NCBI RefSeq assembly: GCF_006345805.1
Contig: NC_042999.1
Coordinates: 65,844,001 to 65,908,000, forward strand
Reading direction: 5' to 3'
DNA length: 64,000 bases
DNA from: Octopus sinensis
Lineage: Eukaryota
Position 1 is the first letter of the stretch. Every line of letters begins with the position of its first letter. The position numbers were made by a program, and so were the translations under genes. This document shows, in pieces, positions 40,985 to 52,319 of this stretch. A model generated the notes under the pieces. The model worked only from the letters and a program-made list of their open reading frames with translations. It searched no databases and was not told the origin of the DNA.

Positions 40985-42304
40985 TCAATAAGGAACTATT
41001 AACCAAATTTTATTCTTATTAACCTTATTATTATTATCATTATTATAAATATATTTATAATTCTTTATTTTATTAAAATTATTATCAGAATTATATCTAT
41101 GTACAGCATTTAAGGAATTATTAATATTATTAAATCTATCAATATAATTATTATAATAATTATTAAATTTATTTTTATTTATATTATTCTTATTTATATT
41201 ATTATTATTATATTTATTATTATTATTATTATTCTTATTTATATTTTTATCATTTTTATTATTTTTTTTTAAATATCTATTATTTTTACCACTAAACCTA
41301 ACAAAATTATAATTATTATTAGAAGTATCTCGAAAATTAACAATTAAATCTTTATCACTAATATTATAAAATTTAATATTCCTATTATAACCTGCCCCTC
41401 TAAGGGCCTCATTATAATAATTAGCATGTTTATTAAAAATCTCTATATCATAAGAGAGTAATGAAATACGTTTACTTATATTATTAATCAACGATTTTTT
41501 AATAGAAAATGGGTGATTACTATTAACATTTATATATCTAAGGTTCTCATTAAGTTTATGATATGGTTGTGTTTTACATGTAATAAGATTAAAATTAACA
41601 TCTAAATAATTAACATTATAATTCTCCTTATATATAGTAATACTTAAACCATATCTTTTAAAGAAACTATATAGTTTTTTCTTATATACTTCTAGATTCC
41701 TATTAGTACAATTCTTTGTAACTAGTAGAAGATCGTCTCTATATAAACCACCCTCTATCTTAAGATTTTCTAATTGGAGTTCCGATAAAAGAAAAATACC
41801 TACTAAATCAGTAGCCTGTGCAGAATCTGGTGCTCCCATAGGTATATCAAAACAATCTCTAGTATCATTCCTAGCCCATAATTTATTTTTATATTTAATT
41901 AGCGATTTCCTAGCCATTTTAATTACATTAACTTCTTCCCGTGACATACCCGCTTTATTCATTGCGAAAATAAGCGCTTTATTAAACACAATTTCATTAA
42001 TAGAAGAATAATAATTATCTATATCTATTTGAATAAATTTATAACGATTTTTATCTTTAATATTATTAAACCATTTCAATGTATTATTATTACTAAACCA
42101 TAATTTTAAAGAATTAAGTTTATTTAACTTATCAATATATTTATCTAAAATAAATTTACTTAATTTACCTAGATCCGATTTACATGGGCAAATTAATCTA
42201 ACTTTAGGGTCTGAATAAAAATTATCTTTATGGTCTTTAAGAGTAATTCTGGGTTGCAAAGGTACATAAGGTTCAGTTTTATTATCCAACTCATATTTTA
42301 ACAT
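40985..42304 (-). CDS. PLE reverse transcriptase (439-aa ORF segment of a disrupted polyprotein)
   Basis: Motifs KVRLICPCKSDLGKLSKFILD, FIQIDIDNYYSSI, FDIPMGAPDSAQATDLVG, GLYRDDLL, VNYLDVNFNL and the thumb YINVNSNHPFSIKK match PLE RTs (from recall Nematis-like; clade not verified). Confidence 0.93.
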   Translation of the reverse strand: MLKYELDNKTEPYVPLQPRITLKDHKDNFYSDPKVRLICPCKSDLGKLSKFILDKYIDKLNKLNSLKLWFSNNNTLKWFNNIKDKNRYKFIQIDIDNYYSSINEIVFNKALIFAMNKAGMSREEVNVIKMARKSLIKYKNKLWARNDTRDCFDIPMGAPDSAQATDLVGIFLLSELQLENLKIEGGLYRDDLLLVTKNCTNRNLEVYKKKLYSFFKRYGLSITIYKENYNVNYLDVNFNLITCKTQPYHKLNENLRYINVNSNHPFSIKKSLINNISKRISLLSYDIEIFNKHANYYNEALRGAGYNRNIKFYNISDKDLIVNFRDTSNNNYNFVRFSGKNNRYLKKNNKNDKNINKNNNNNNKYNNNNINKNNINKNKFNNYYNNYIDRFNNINNSLNAVHRYNSDNNFNKIKNYKYIYNNDNNNKVNKNKIWLIVPY

Positions 42305-42551
42305 TACTACTTTAGAGGCCTTATTAATATTATAAAGAATATCATCTGGAACAATTTTATATTTTTTAATTATTTCTTTCCCTAATAGTTTATCATATAT
42401 TTAACATCTAATTTATATAAGTTCCTTGTTTTATCAGATTGTACTATAATACCATCCATATTTCTCATATCTTTAATTTTAATTGCTAAATTCCTTAAAT
42501 ATTCATTATTTCTATTTGGGTATTTATGGAATTCAATATTTTTTACCACCT

Positions 42552-45500
42552 TATCGAGCCCAAATAGCATGCATATGTACATGTGAGGGGTACACGCAAA
42601 TGACGTGCGCGTGTACCCCTGCATTTATACCCGTGCGTAATATACACATGGAGACTACCACACAGGTACAAATGTGTATTGTAATGGGAGCCCCATCACT
42701 ACACTCAATGTATACTCTCACCCATCCGCACGGATGTGTAAGTGTACCTCCGGTGTATATGTTGAGGCTTATATGTAGCGTTGGAGGCGAATGTCGTTGA
42801 AATTGTAAATGAATGGGTGGAGTTGGGAATTGTAACCGGGTGGTGGACTAGCGTTGCTTGGAATTGGGAATTGATTAGTGTGGTAGTGAGGTAGGCATCG
42901 GGAATAGGTTTGGGTTGCTGTAGGTTGTTTGTTAGAGCTGCTAGGGTGAGCTAAAGCTCATAAATGTATATAATGATTTTTCATGGTAGTTTTTTAAAGA
43001 ATCCATTCATTATAAAGTTTTTTACGTAGTGTTGGTTTGCTACGTGGATATAGTTTTTAGTTCCATTTTTCTATTTCTCCATTCATAATTTAAATGACGT
43101 TTAATTTCTATGGCGCGTATTCTCTCTTTTTTTTTACATAAGTTATTTCTATGGTAACGTAATTTTGGTTTGGTTTTTTTAACGGCTAAGAATTTAATTT
43201 CACTTCATTATTTGAAATTGACTTGTAGTATGTATTTTATTTATCCTTATGTCATATTGTTATTTTGATATTCTGGTTAATTACGATGTATTAATGTTGT
43301 TTTCATAGGAGTGTTTATGTATATGAGATTGTGTGTGAGTTTTTAGTTGTATATTTTTTTTATCTGTATGAGTGTGGGTGTGTAAATATTGTTGTATATA
43401 TCGAGTTTAGTGAGTATATTATATGAGTATATGTATCTGTTGTGTGTGTGTGTTTGTGTGTGTGTGTGTTTGTGTGTGAATGTGTATATGGGTTTGTTAT
43501 TTAGGTTTTGGAATGTATGTGTTAATTTGTTGTGTGGGGAGGGAGTGGGTTTTGGTGTATTTTGAGGTTATAAATTAGGATAGGTATGTTATAAGTCGGG
43601 TGGGTCTGTGGTTTACGAGTGTGTATTTGTGTGTGAATGTTTAGGTTTAGGGGGATTACTATATAGGTTTGTTATAGAGTTTAGCAAAGGGAGATTTTTT
43701 CGTTATATGTTTTTATGAGTTTTGGTTTATCATGGTTATTTTAGGGAATTCGTGGTAATTTGTCTATTTTCGATGTTGGTTGTTTTATTACATTGTTTCA
43801 TTCATAATTTTTGAGTGGTGTTCGTTTTGCCACGTGAATAACCGGGTGGTGGACTAGCGTTGCTTGGAATTGTGAATGGAATAGTGTAGTAGTGAGGTAG
43901 GCATAGAGAATGGGTTTGGGGGTACTGCAAGTTGTTTTAGAGCTGCTAAGGTGAGCTAAAGCTCATAGATGTATATAATGATTTTTCATGGTAGGTTTTT
44001 AAAGGAATCCATTCATAATAAATTTTTTTAAGTAGTGTTGGTTTGCCACGTGGATATAGTTTTTAGTTCCATTTTTCTATTTCTTCCATTCATAATTTAA
44101 TGACGTTTACTTTCCATGGCGCGTATTCTTTTTTTACATAAGTTATTTCTATGGTAACGTAATTTTGGTTCGATTTTTTTTAACGGCTAAGAATTTATTT
44201 CACTTCATAATTTGACACTGAATTGTAAGTATGTATTTTATTTATCCTTATGTCATATTGTTATTTTTGATATTCTGGTTAATTACGATGTATTTAATGT
44301 TGTTTTCATAGGTGTGTTTATGTATATGAGATTGTGTGGAGTTTTTAGTTGTATAATTTATTTATCTGAGAGTTGTGGGTGTTAAATATGTTGTATATAT
44401 CGAGTTTAGTGAGTATGTATATGCGTATATGTGAGGGAGTATATGTATCTGTTGTGTGTGTGTGTTTCGTGTGTGTGTGTTTGTGTGTGAATGTGTATAT
44501 GGGTTTGTTATTTAGGTTTTGGGATTATTGTTAATTTGTCTGTGTGGGAGGGAGTGGGTTTTGGTGTATATTGAGGTTTATAAGTTAGTATAGGTATTGT
44601 ATAAGTCGTGGGTCTGTGGTTTACGAGTGTGTATTTGTGGTGTGAAGTTTTTGTTAGGGAGATTGCTATATAGGTGTTTGTTATAGGTTTAGCAAAGGGA
44701 ATTTATCGTTATATGTTTTTAGGAGTTTTGGTTTCATGGTTTTTTTAGGGAATTCGTGGTAATTGTCTATTTTCGATGTTGGTGTTTTATTACATTGTTT
44801 CATTCATAATTTTTGAGTGGTGTTCGTGTTTTGCCACGTGAATAACCGGGAGGTGGACTAGCGTTGTTTGGAATTGTGAATGGATAGTGTAGTAGTGAGG
44901 TAGGCATAGAGAATGGGTTTGGGTTACTGCAAGTTGTTTGTTAGAGCTGCTAAGGTGAGCTAAAGCTCATAGATGTATATAATGATTTTTCATGGTAGGT
45001 TTTTAAAGAATCCATTCATAATAAATTTTTTTAAGTAGTGTTGGTTTGCCACGTGGATATAGTTTTTAGTTCCATTTTTCTATTTCTCCATTCATAATTT
45101 AAATGACGTTTACTTTCCATGGCGCGTATTCTTTTTTTACATAAGTTATTTCTATGGTAACGTAATTTTGGTTCGATTTTTTTAACGGCTAAGAATTTAA
45201 TTTCACTTCATAATTTGACACTGAATTGTAAGTATGTATTTTATTTATCCTTATGTCATATTGTTATTTTTGATATTCTGGTTAATTACGATGTATTTAA
45301 TGTTGTTTTCATAGGTGTGTTTATGTATATGAGATTGTGTGCGAGTTTTTAGTTGTATAATTTATTTATCTGTATGAGTGTGGGTTGTGTAAATATTGTT
45401 GTATATATCGAGTTTAGTGAGTATGTATATGCGTATATGTGAGGGAGTATATGTATCTGTTGTTGGTGTGTGTTTTGCGTGTGTGTGTGTGTTGTGTGTG

Positions 45501-48500
45501 AATGTGTATATGGGTTTGTTATTTAGGTTTTGGGATGTATGTGTTAATTTGTCTGTGTGGGAGGGAGTGGGTTTTGGTGTATATTGAGGTTTATAAGTTA
45601 GTATAGGTATGTGTATAAGTCGTGGGTCTGTGGTTTACGAGTGTGTATTTGTGTGTGAATGTTTTGGTTAGGGAGATTGCTATATAGGTTTGTTATAGAG
45701 TTTAGCAAAGGGAGATTTATCGTTATATGTTTTTAGGAGTTTTGGTTTATCATGGTTTTTTTAGGGAATTCGTGGTAATTGTCTATTTTCGATGTTGGTT
45801 GTTTTATTACATTGTTTCATTCATAATTTTTGAGTGGTGTTCGTTTTGCCACGTGAATAACCGGGAGGTGGACTAGCGTTGTTTGGAATTGTGAATGGAA
45901 TAGTGTAGTAGTGAGGTAGGCATAGAGAATGGGTTGGGTTACTGCAAGTTGTTTTTTTACATAAGTTATTTCTATGGTAACGTAATTTTGGTTTGATTTT
46001 TTTAACGGCTAAGAATTTAATTTCACTTCATAATTTGACACTCAATTGTAAGTATGTATTTTATTTACCTTTATGTCATATTGTTATTTTTGATATTCTG
46101 GTTAATTACGATGTATTTAATGTTGTTTTCATAGGAGTGTTTATGTATATGAGATTGTGTGCGAGTTTTTAGTTGTATAATTTATTTATCTGTATGAGTG
46201 TGGGTGTGTAATATTGTTGTATATATCGAGTTTAGTGAGTATGTATATGCGTATATGTGAGGGAGTATATGTATCTGTTGTGTGTGTGTGTTTTGCGTGT
46301 GTGTGTGTGTGTGTGTGAATGTGTATATGGGTTTGTTATTTAGGTTTTGGGATGTATGTGTTAATTTGTCTGTGTGGGAGGGAGTGGGTTTTGGTGTATA
46401 TTGAGGTTTATAAGTTAGTATAGGTATGTGTATAAGTCGTGGGTCTGTGGTTTACGAGTGTGTATTTGTGTGTGAATGTTTTGGTTAGGGAGATTGCTAT
46501 ATAGGTTTGTTATAGAGTTTAGCAAAGGGAGATTTATCGTTATATGTTTTTAGGAGTTTTGGTTTATCATGGTTTTTTTAGGGAATTCGTGGTAATTTGT
46601 CTATTTTCGATGTTGGTTGTTTTATTACATTGTTTCATTCATAATTTTTGAGTGGTGTTCGTTTTGCCACGTGAATAACCGGGAGGTGGACTAGCGTTGT
46701 TTGGAATTGTGAATGGAATAGTGTAGTAGTGAGGTAGGCATAGAGAATGGGTTTGGGTTACTGCAAGTTGTTTTTTTACATAAGTTATTTCTATGGTAAC
46801 GTAATTTTGGTTTGATTTTTTTAACGGCTAAGAATTTAATTTCACTTCATAATTTGACACTCAATTGTAAGTATGTATTTTATTTACCTTTATGTCATAT
46901 TGTTATTTTTGATATTCTGGTTAATTACGATGTATTTAATGTTGTTTTCATAGGAGGTTTATGTATATGAGATTGTGTGCGAGTTTTTAGTTGTATAATT
47001 TATTTATCTGTATGAGTGTGGGTGTGTAATATTGTTGTATATATCGAGTTTAGTGAGTATGTATATGCGTATATGTGAGGGAGTATATGTATCTGTTGTG
47101 TGTGTGTGTTTTGCGTGTGTGTGTGTTTGTGTGTGAATGTGTATATGGGTTTGTTATTTAGGTTTGGGGATGTATGAGTTAATTTGTCTGTGTGGGAGGG
47201 AGTGGGTTTTGGTGTATATGGAGGTTTATAAGTTAGTTTAGGTATGTGTATAAGTCGTGGGTCTGTGGTTTACGTGTGTGTTTGTGTGTGAATGTTTAGG
47301 TTAGGGGGATTACTATATAGGTTTGTTATAGAGTTTAGTAAAGGGAGATTTTATCGTTATATGTTTTTTAAGAGTTTTGGTTTATCATGGTTTTTTTTAG
47401 GAATTCGTAGTAATTTGTCTATTTTCGATGTTGGTTGTTTTATTATATGTTTCATTCATATTTTTGAGTGTGTTCGTTTTGCCACGTGAATTTTATTTTT
47501 AATTCCATTTATTCCATTTTCCATTCATTAATTTAGAGATGTTCGTTTCCAGAGCGGTTATACTTTTTATATATATGTTAAGTTCCTTGGTAAAGTAATT
47601 GTTTTGGTGTATATGTTGAGGCTTATATGTACTTGTGGGTGTGTGTGAGTGGGGTGGGAGTTTGTATTTGTTATGGGTGTGTGGTTTACGAGTGGTTTTG
47701 TGTGTGAATGTATAGGTTAAGGAATTGCTATAAAGTATGTTTTAGTGTTTAGTAAAGGGAGGTTTTATCATTTCTGTTTTGTGAGTTTTAGCTTATCATG
47801 GTAGTTTTATAAAAGAATCCATTCATAATTTTGTGTTTATTTGTCTGTGTGGGGTTGAGTGGGTTTTTTGGAGTATATGTTGAGGTTTATATGTATGTAT
47901 TGGTATGTGTAAGGTGTGGGTATTTTGTATATGTCGTGGGTGTGTGGTTTACGTGTGTGTATTTGTGTGTGAATGTTTAGGTTAGGGGGATTGCTATATA
48001 GGTTTGTTATAGAGTTTAGTAAAGGGAGATTTTATCATTATATGTTTTTATGAGTTTGGTTATCATGGTAGGTTTGATAAGGAATTTGTAGTAATTTGTG
48101 TCTATTTGCGATGTCTGTTGTTTTATTGCATTGTTTCATTCATAATTTTTAAGTAGTGTTCGTTTTACCAAGTGAATATTTTTTAATTCCATTTATTCCA
48201 TTTCTCCGTTCATAGTTTTGAGTGATGTCCGTTTTTCTAGAGCGTGAATGTGGGTTGTATGTGTGTGTGTGTGGGAGTATGAATAAGTATTGTGTTGAAG
48301 TATTTAGCTATTTTATTTATTTATAGTTGCCTAGACATTTTATGTGTATGTATAGGGATTATATATAGGTGTGTGATTTAGTGTATGTAGTTAGATATGG
48401 TTATATATAATTAGGTATATGTGTATGGGTATATATAGTTTATTATATATTATTATTATTTTTTTTGTTTTGTTTTATATTTTATATTTTATATTTTATA

Positions 48501-48825
48501 TTTTAATATTTTATATTTAATTGTTGATAGGTTTTTTTAGTTTATATATTGTTTATATATTGATTATATATGGATTATAGATAGGTTATATATGGATTAT
48601 ATACTTATATTTTTTCATTCATACTTTAATTATTTTAAAATTATTATTTTTATATTTTAAAATATTGATTTGTTAGATTGGAAGTCCACCTGAAGATTGT
48701 CGATCAAGACAAGAAACGATTGTTGTTGGCGGTTTTTTGACTATTTATTAAAATTTTATGTATTGATTAAGTCTTTCCTTGTTTGTTTTGCAAAATAGTG
48801 GTTTTGTCTCTAATAATATTTTATA
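42552..48825. repeat. Right inverted arm (~6.3 kb), G/T-rich on + strand
   Basis: Unit marker gccacgtgaa ends at 43838, 44842, 45857, 46675, 47490 (spacings 1004, 1015, 818, 815), i.e. two more units than the left arm. Confidence 0.93.
48686..48729 (+). ncRNA. Hammerhead ribozyme copy at the outer end of the right arm (stem I slightly altered)
   Basis: ccac-CTGAAGA-ttgtc(gatcaa)gacaa-GAAAC-gatt-GTT-gttgg. Same motif as 35043-35085, with a GUU triplet and a 1-nt difference in the stem I 3' strand. Confidence 0.75.
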
Positions 48826-48929
48826 ATATTTTACTATAAAATCGATTTAATCCTAAATCTGATTTTTTCCCTGTAAATTTGGATTTATTCCCTAATATTT
48901 ATTATTATTATATACATATATATATAACT

Positions 48930-49585
48930 TAGAATAACTTAGAAAGGTTTTCGCCAGTATTGGCCCAGGCCATGTCTAACTTAATAGCACCACCTGGCGA
49001 AGTCTTTCAATTCAGGATTTGGGCACCAAGGCCCATTCGAGCAGAAAGTTATTGTTTGCGGAGACATATCCGGGTGTGGGTGGTTTGTCCGAGACTGTTT
49101 GAAGGAATTTGTCCAAAGACTTCTTGAATGTTGTGTGGTCAGTTTCTTTTTTGGCGTGTCCTGGTGTAACGTTGAAGAGAGCGGGTCCAATTGAGGTGAA
49201 ATAGTTGTGCCGTATTGTCGTTATGTGATGCGATTTAGATTTTTGTTGTGGACGGATGGCACGTGGTCCAAGCCTTGGATGTATTTTGAAGGTGATGCCA
49301 ACATCATTCGGACAGTGCTGATGGAATATTTTCCACATCATACAGATAATGTAGCGTTCCCGGCGTCGTTGGAGTGAATACAATTTCAGCTTCTCTAGTC
49401 TACCCCAGTAGTCAAGGTCTGACATGCCATCTATCTTTTTTGTGATTGACCTTTGGGGAGCTTCAATTCTCATAATATTTTGTTTTGTGTAGGGAGACCA
49501 CAGTGGACAGCAGTATTCAAGGTGGGGTCGGGCAAAAGTGGAGAAGAGAAGGATAATAGTGTGGGAATCTCTCGACTGGAAGGTT
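48930..49585 (-). mobile_element. 5'-truncated CR1/L2-group LINE: ORF2 C-terminus plus 3' UTR
   Basis: TFQSRDSHTIILLFSTFARPHLEYCCPLWSP (read upstream of ORF 49012-49473), then IEAPQRSITKKIDG...YWGRLEKLKLYSLQRRRERY. Short repeated tail ctaagttatt/ctaagttata on the minus strand at the 3' end. Confidence 0.85.
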
Positions 49586-49990
49586 ATTATTTGAGAGAAT
49601 AAAATCCAAACTTACAGGGAAAAATATTCAATTTAGAAATACTATATCAAATTTCACACAATATAAGATATATATAAAAATTTGAAAAAAACACCTTTTA
49701 TCAGTTCAAAATGAACAATTAAATTACACCATCTAGAGATTACACCATCTAGAAGATTACATGTAATAGAAATATTAAAATTAAAATAACAATTATATAC
49801 CGATGATTAAGTAAATTGCAAAAATAATAAAAACGTATATAATTATATAGGTTTTTATTATTTTTGCAATTTACTTAATCATTGACATTTTATTCTTATT
49901 TCAATTTTAATATTTCTATTATATGTAATTTTCTAGATGGTGTAATTTAATCGTTCATTTTGAATTGATAAAAGGTGTTTTTTTTCTAAT
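49586..49990. mobile_element. Same AT-rich family, with an internal inverted duplication
   Basis: ~49680-49840 and ~49850-49990 are inverted homologues (aaaacaccttttatca...ttacaccatctaga / tctagatggtgtaa...tgataaaaggtgtttt). Confidence 0.65.
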
Positions 49991-49997
49991 TTTTTAT

Positions 49998-50028
<31 letters not shown>

Positions 50029-50030
50029 AT

Positions 50031-50340
50031 ATAAAAGGAAATGAAGAAAATTCTGACAAATAATTGAAGTAATTTAAGTAATTTAATTAGGCGAAAGTTC
50101 TTTTTACCGGTTGCGCATTTGTTATGCTTATCAAAATATAAAAGAGAGATTAGAGTTCCTTTCTTATAGAATTTTTCCTCTTCAGATAAGAGGAAAAATT
50201 CTATTAGAAAGGAACTCTAATCTCTCTTTTATATTTTGATAAGCATAACAAATGCGCAACCAGTAAAAAGAACTTTCACCTAATTAAATTACTTAAATTA
50301 CTTCAATTATTTGTCAGCATTTTCTTCATTTCCTTTTTAT
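50031..50340. repeat. Near-perfect palindrome, ~152-bp arms, 5-bp loop (cagat)
   Basis: ataaaaggaaatgaagaaaat...ttcctctt-cagat-aagaggaa...attttcttcatttcctttttat. Confidence 0.92.
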
Positions 50341-50597
50341 ATATCACCACTCGTGTTCGACATCTCCTTTTTTTTAAATATATATATATATATATATATT
50401 ACTCATTTACACATTTGCTTACTTCAGTCATTTGACTGCGGCTTAGTACTTGTTCTATCGGTCTCTTTTGGCGAATCGCTGGTCTATGTGGGCCTAAACA
50501 AACCAGCATCAATTATCAAGCGAATGTGGGAGGACAGGCAGAGACACACAAATACACAGCAACGCACACATACACACACACACATATATATATATAT

Positions 50598-50733
50598 ACG
50601 ATGTGCTTCTTTCAGTTTCTACTAAATCTATTCATAAGGCTTTGGTCGGCCCGAGGCTATAGTAAAAGACACTTGCCCAAGATACCACACAGGGGAACTG
50701 AACCCGGAACCATGAGGAAGTAAACTTCTTACC
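50598..50733 (-). mobile_element. SINE family B copy
   Basis: cttctttcagtttctact...ggctttggtcggcccgaggctatagt...gaacccggaaccatg. Confidence 0.75.
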
Positions 50734-51277
50734 GGAGTAAGCACATAAATGTGAAACAAGATAGGAAAACAGAATACTTAAATACCAGAAGTAGAGTAAT
50801 ATGCTTTAGTTAAAAGCAGCAGAAATATAACAAAAGCTGTTACTCAGAGTTTCACTACTGAGTAATAAAGATAAAAGTAAGATCCAAGGATCAAGGTGCA
50901 GGAAGTTACTAATCTTCAGTAGTAAGTAGAAGGTATAAAAAAAACTTCCAGGAACAACATTGGTTTTTTGAGCTAAAATATTGTAAAAGTTTCCCATATC
51001 GAAATTCGATAAGCAGACAGAAGTTATCTTAGCCTTCACAATTAACAACTGGGGTTATGGTGCATGCTAATAAAAATTCCAATTTAGCGAATGAAGTAGG
51101 TAACACCAAGGCTACATATGTTCCCTGGTTAGCAGAGCCTTAGATGTAGTAAATATTCAACGAGTAACATTCATTTGACTAAGCTTTCTTTGGCCTGATG
51201 AGTAGCTCCAATTACTATTTGCAAGGCTCTGCTAGCTAGGAAATATATGTCGTCTCAACTGTATGTATGTATGTATG

Positions 51278-51311
<34 letters not shown>

Positions 51312-52319
51312 TGTATGTATGTTGTATGTATGTATGTATGTATGTATGTATGTATGTATATATTTACATGTGTGTGTGTGCGATTGTGTGTGTATGTGTG
51401 CGTATGGAAGTGTGCCCGTGTGTGCTAGAGAGAGTATTTTTGTGTCTTTGGTTGTTTTCCGTATAGATTCATAACTGTCGTTGGTTCGTTTAGATCTCCG
51501 TAGTCTAGCGCTTCGTTGAAAATGATTCATAGATGAAGTACCGTACTTTAATAAATAAGTGCTTGAAGTCGATTCCTTCGACTAAACATTTCAAGGTTGT
51601 GCCCCAGCATGTCCTGAGTCCATTGCCAGAAACAAGTGAAAGATTACAGATAAAAGATCAATTTCACAATTTTTGTTAATCAACCGACGCTAGTGCTTAA
51701 TTATATTAATTAAAGATTAGACAAATTCAAGTGGAAATATAATGATAGAAACATCAACAACCTGGCTTGTCAAAAATTGTATTCTAAATTTAATTTCAGT
51801 ATTGTTTTATCGTAACATATTTGACGAGATAATTACGTTTTAAATTTCTTTTACCGAGAAGAGAAAATACAAGACATAATGCAATAGCTATTTTGTGTAT
51901 ACGAACTCAATTAAATGACTGTCCTTGTCTTCTATGATGTAAAAAAAAAACAATGATACATCTGAAATTATATTGCTTTCAGTTAGGGTTTCAATGTTAC
52001 ATAGACAAAAAAAAATAATAATAAATAATTGATGTAATTAATTAAATCATATTTAATTACTGAAATACTATATGATCATATAATTATTTAAATCATCTAT
52101 AGTCTCCGATATGTATTAAAAAAAAAGTGAAAGACCAATTTAAAACAATTAGGGTATTTAGTTACGAAAATACGTCCATTGTGAATGTTCTAATCATGGA
52201 AAAAGTATTGATTATTATTTATTCTTTTTACAGCTAAACTGATGGCAGACTAGGTTAGTTCGAATATGTGGATGATTCAGATATCAAATACACATACGCA
52301 CCTTCGTGTTGGGGGTCAT

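Larger units (their letters stand above)
40265..42551 (-). pseudogene. Reconstructed RT-EN polyprotein (~760 aa), 5'-truncated at the right-arm junction
   Basis: Upstream frame KVVKNIEF...IIVQSDKTRNLYKL (42551-42400) joins YDKLLGKEIIKKYK via a 1-bp deletion near 42399. After TGA 40985-40987 the frame continues DQVKTNIIKEIL...GYSTTNNVGNII. Three further 1-bp deletions near 40822, 40765 and 40736 link it to the EN. Confidence 0.8.
34946..48825 (-). mobile_element. Penelope-like element (C-terminal GIY-YIG type) with giant inverted terminal arms (pseudo-LTR-like)
   Basis: 34946-39442 is the reverse complement of 42552-48825 (outer ends tataaaatattattagagacaaaaccac / gtggttttgtctctaataatattttata; inner ends ttgggctcgata / tatcgagcccaa). 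The 3.1-kb spacer carries RT and GIY-YIG ORFs on the minus strand. Left flank is a TA microsatellite, a typical PLE target. Confidence 0.92.

Noticed and set aside
36294-47490. Array as a CRISPR-like or protein-coding repeat (ORFs 38408-38599, 45396-45587, 47292-47489)
   Set aside because: Units are whole ~0.8-1.0-kb near-identical repeats with no unique spacers. ORFs are short, broken between copies and reflect G/T bias.
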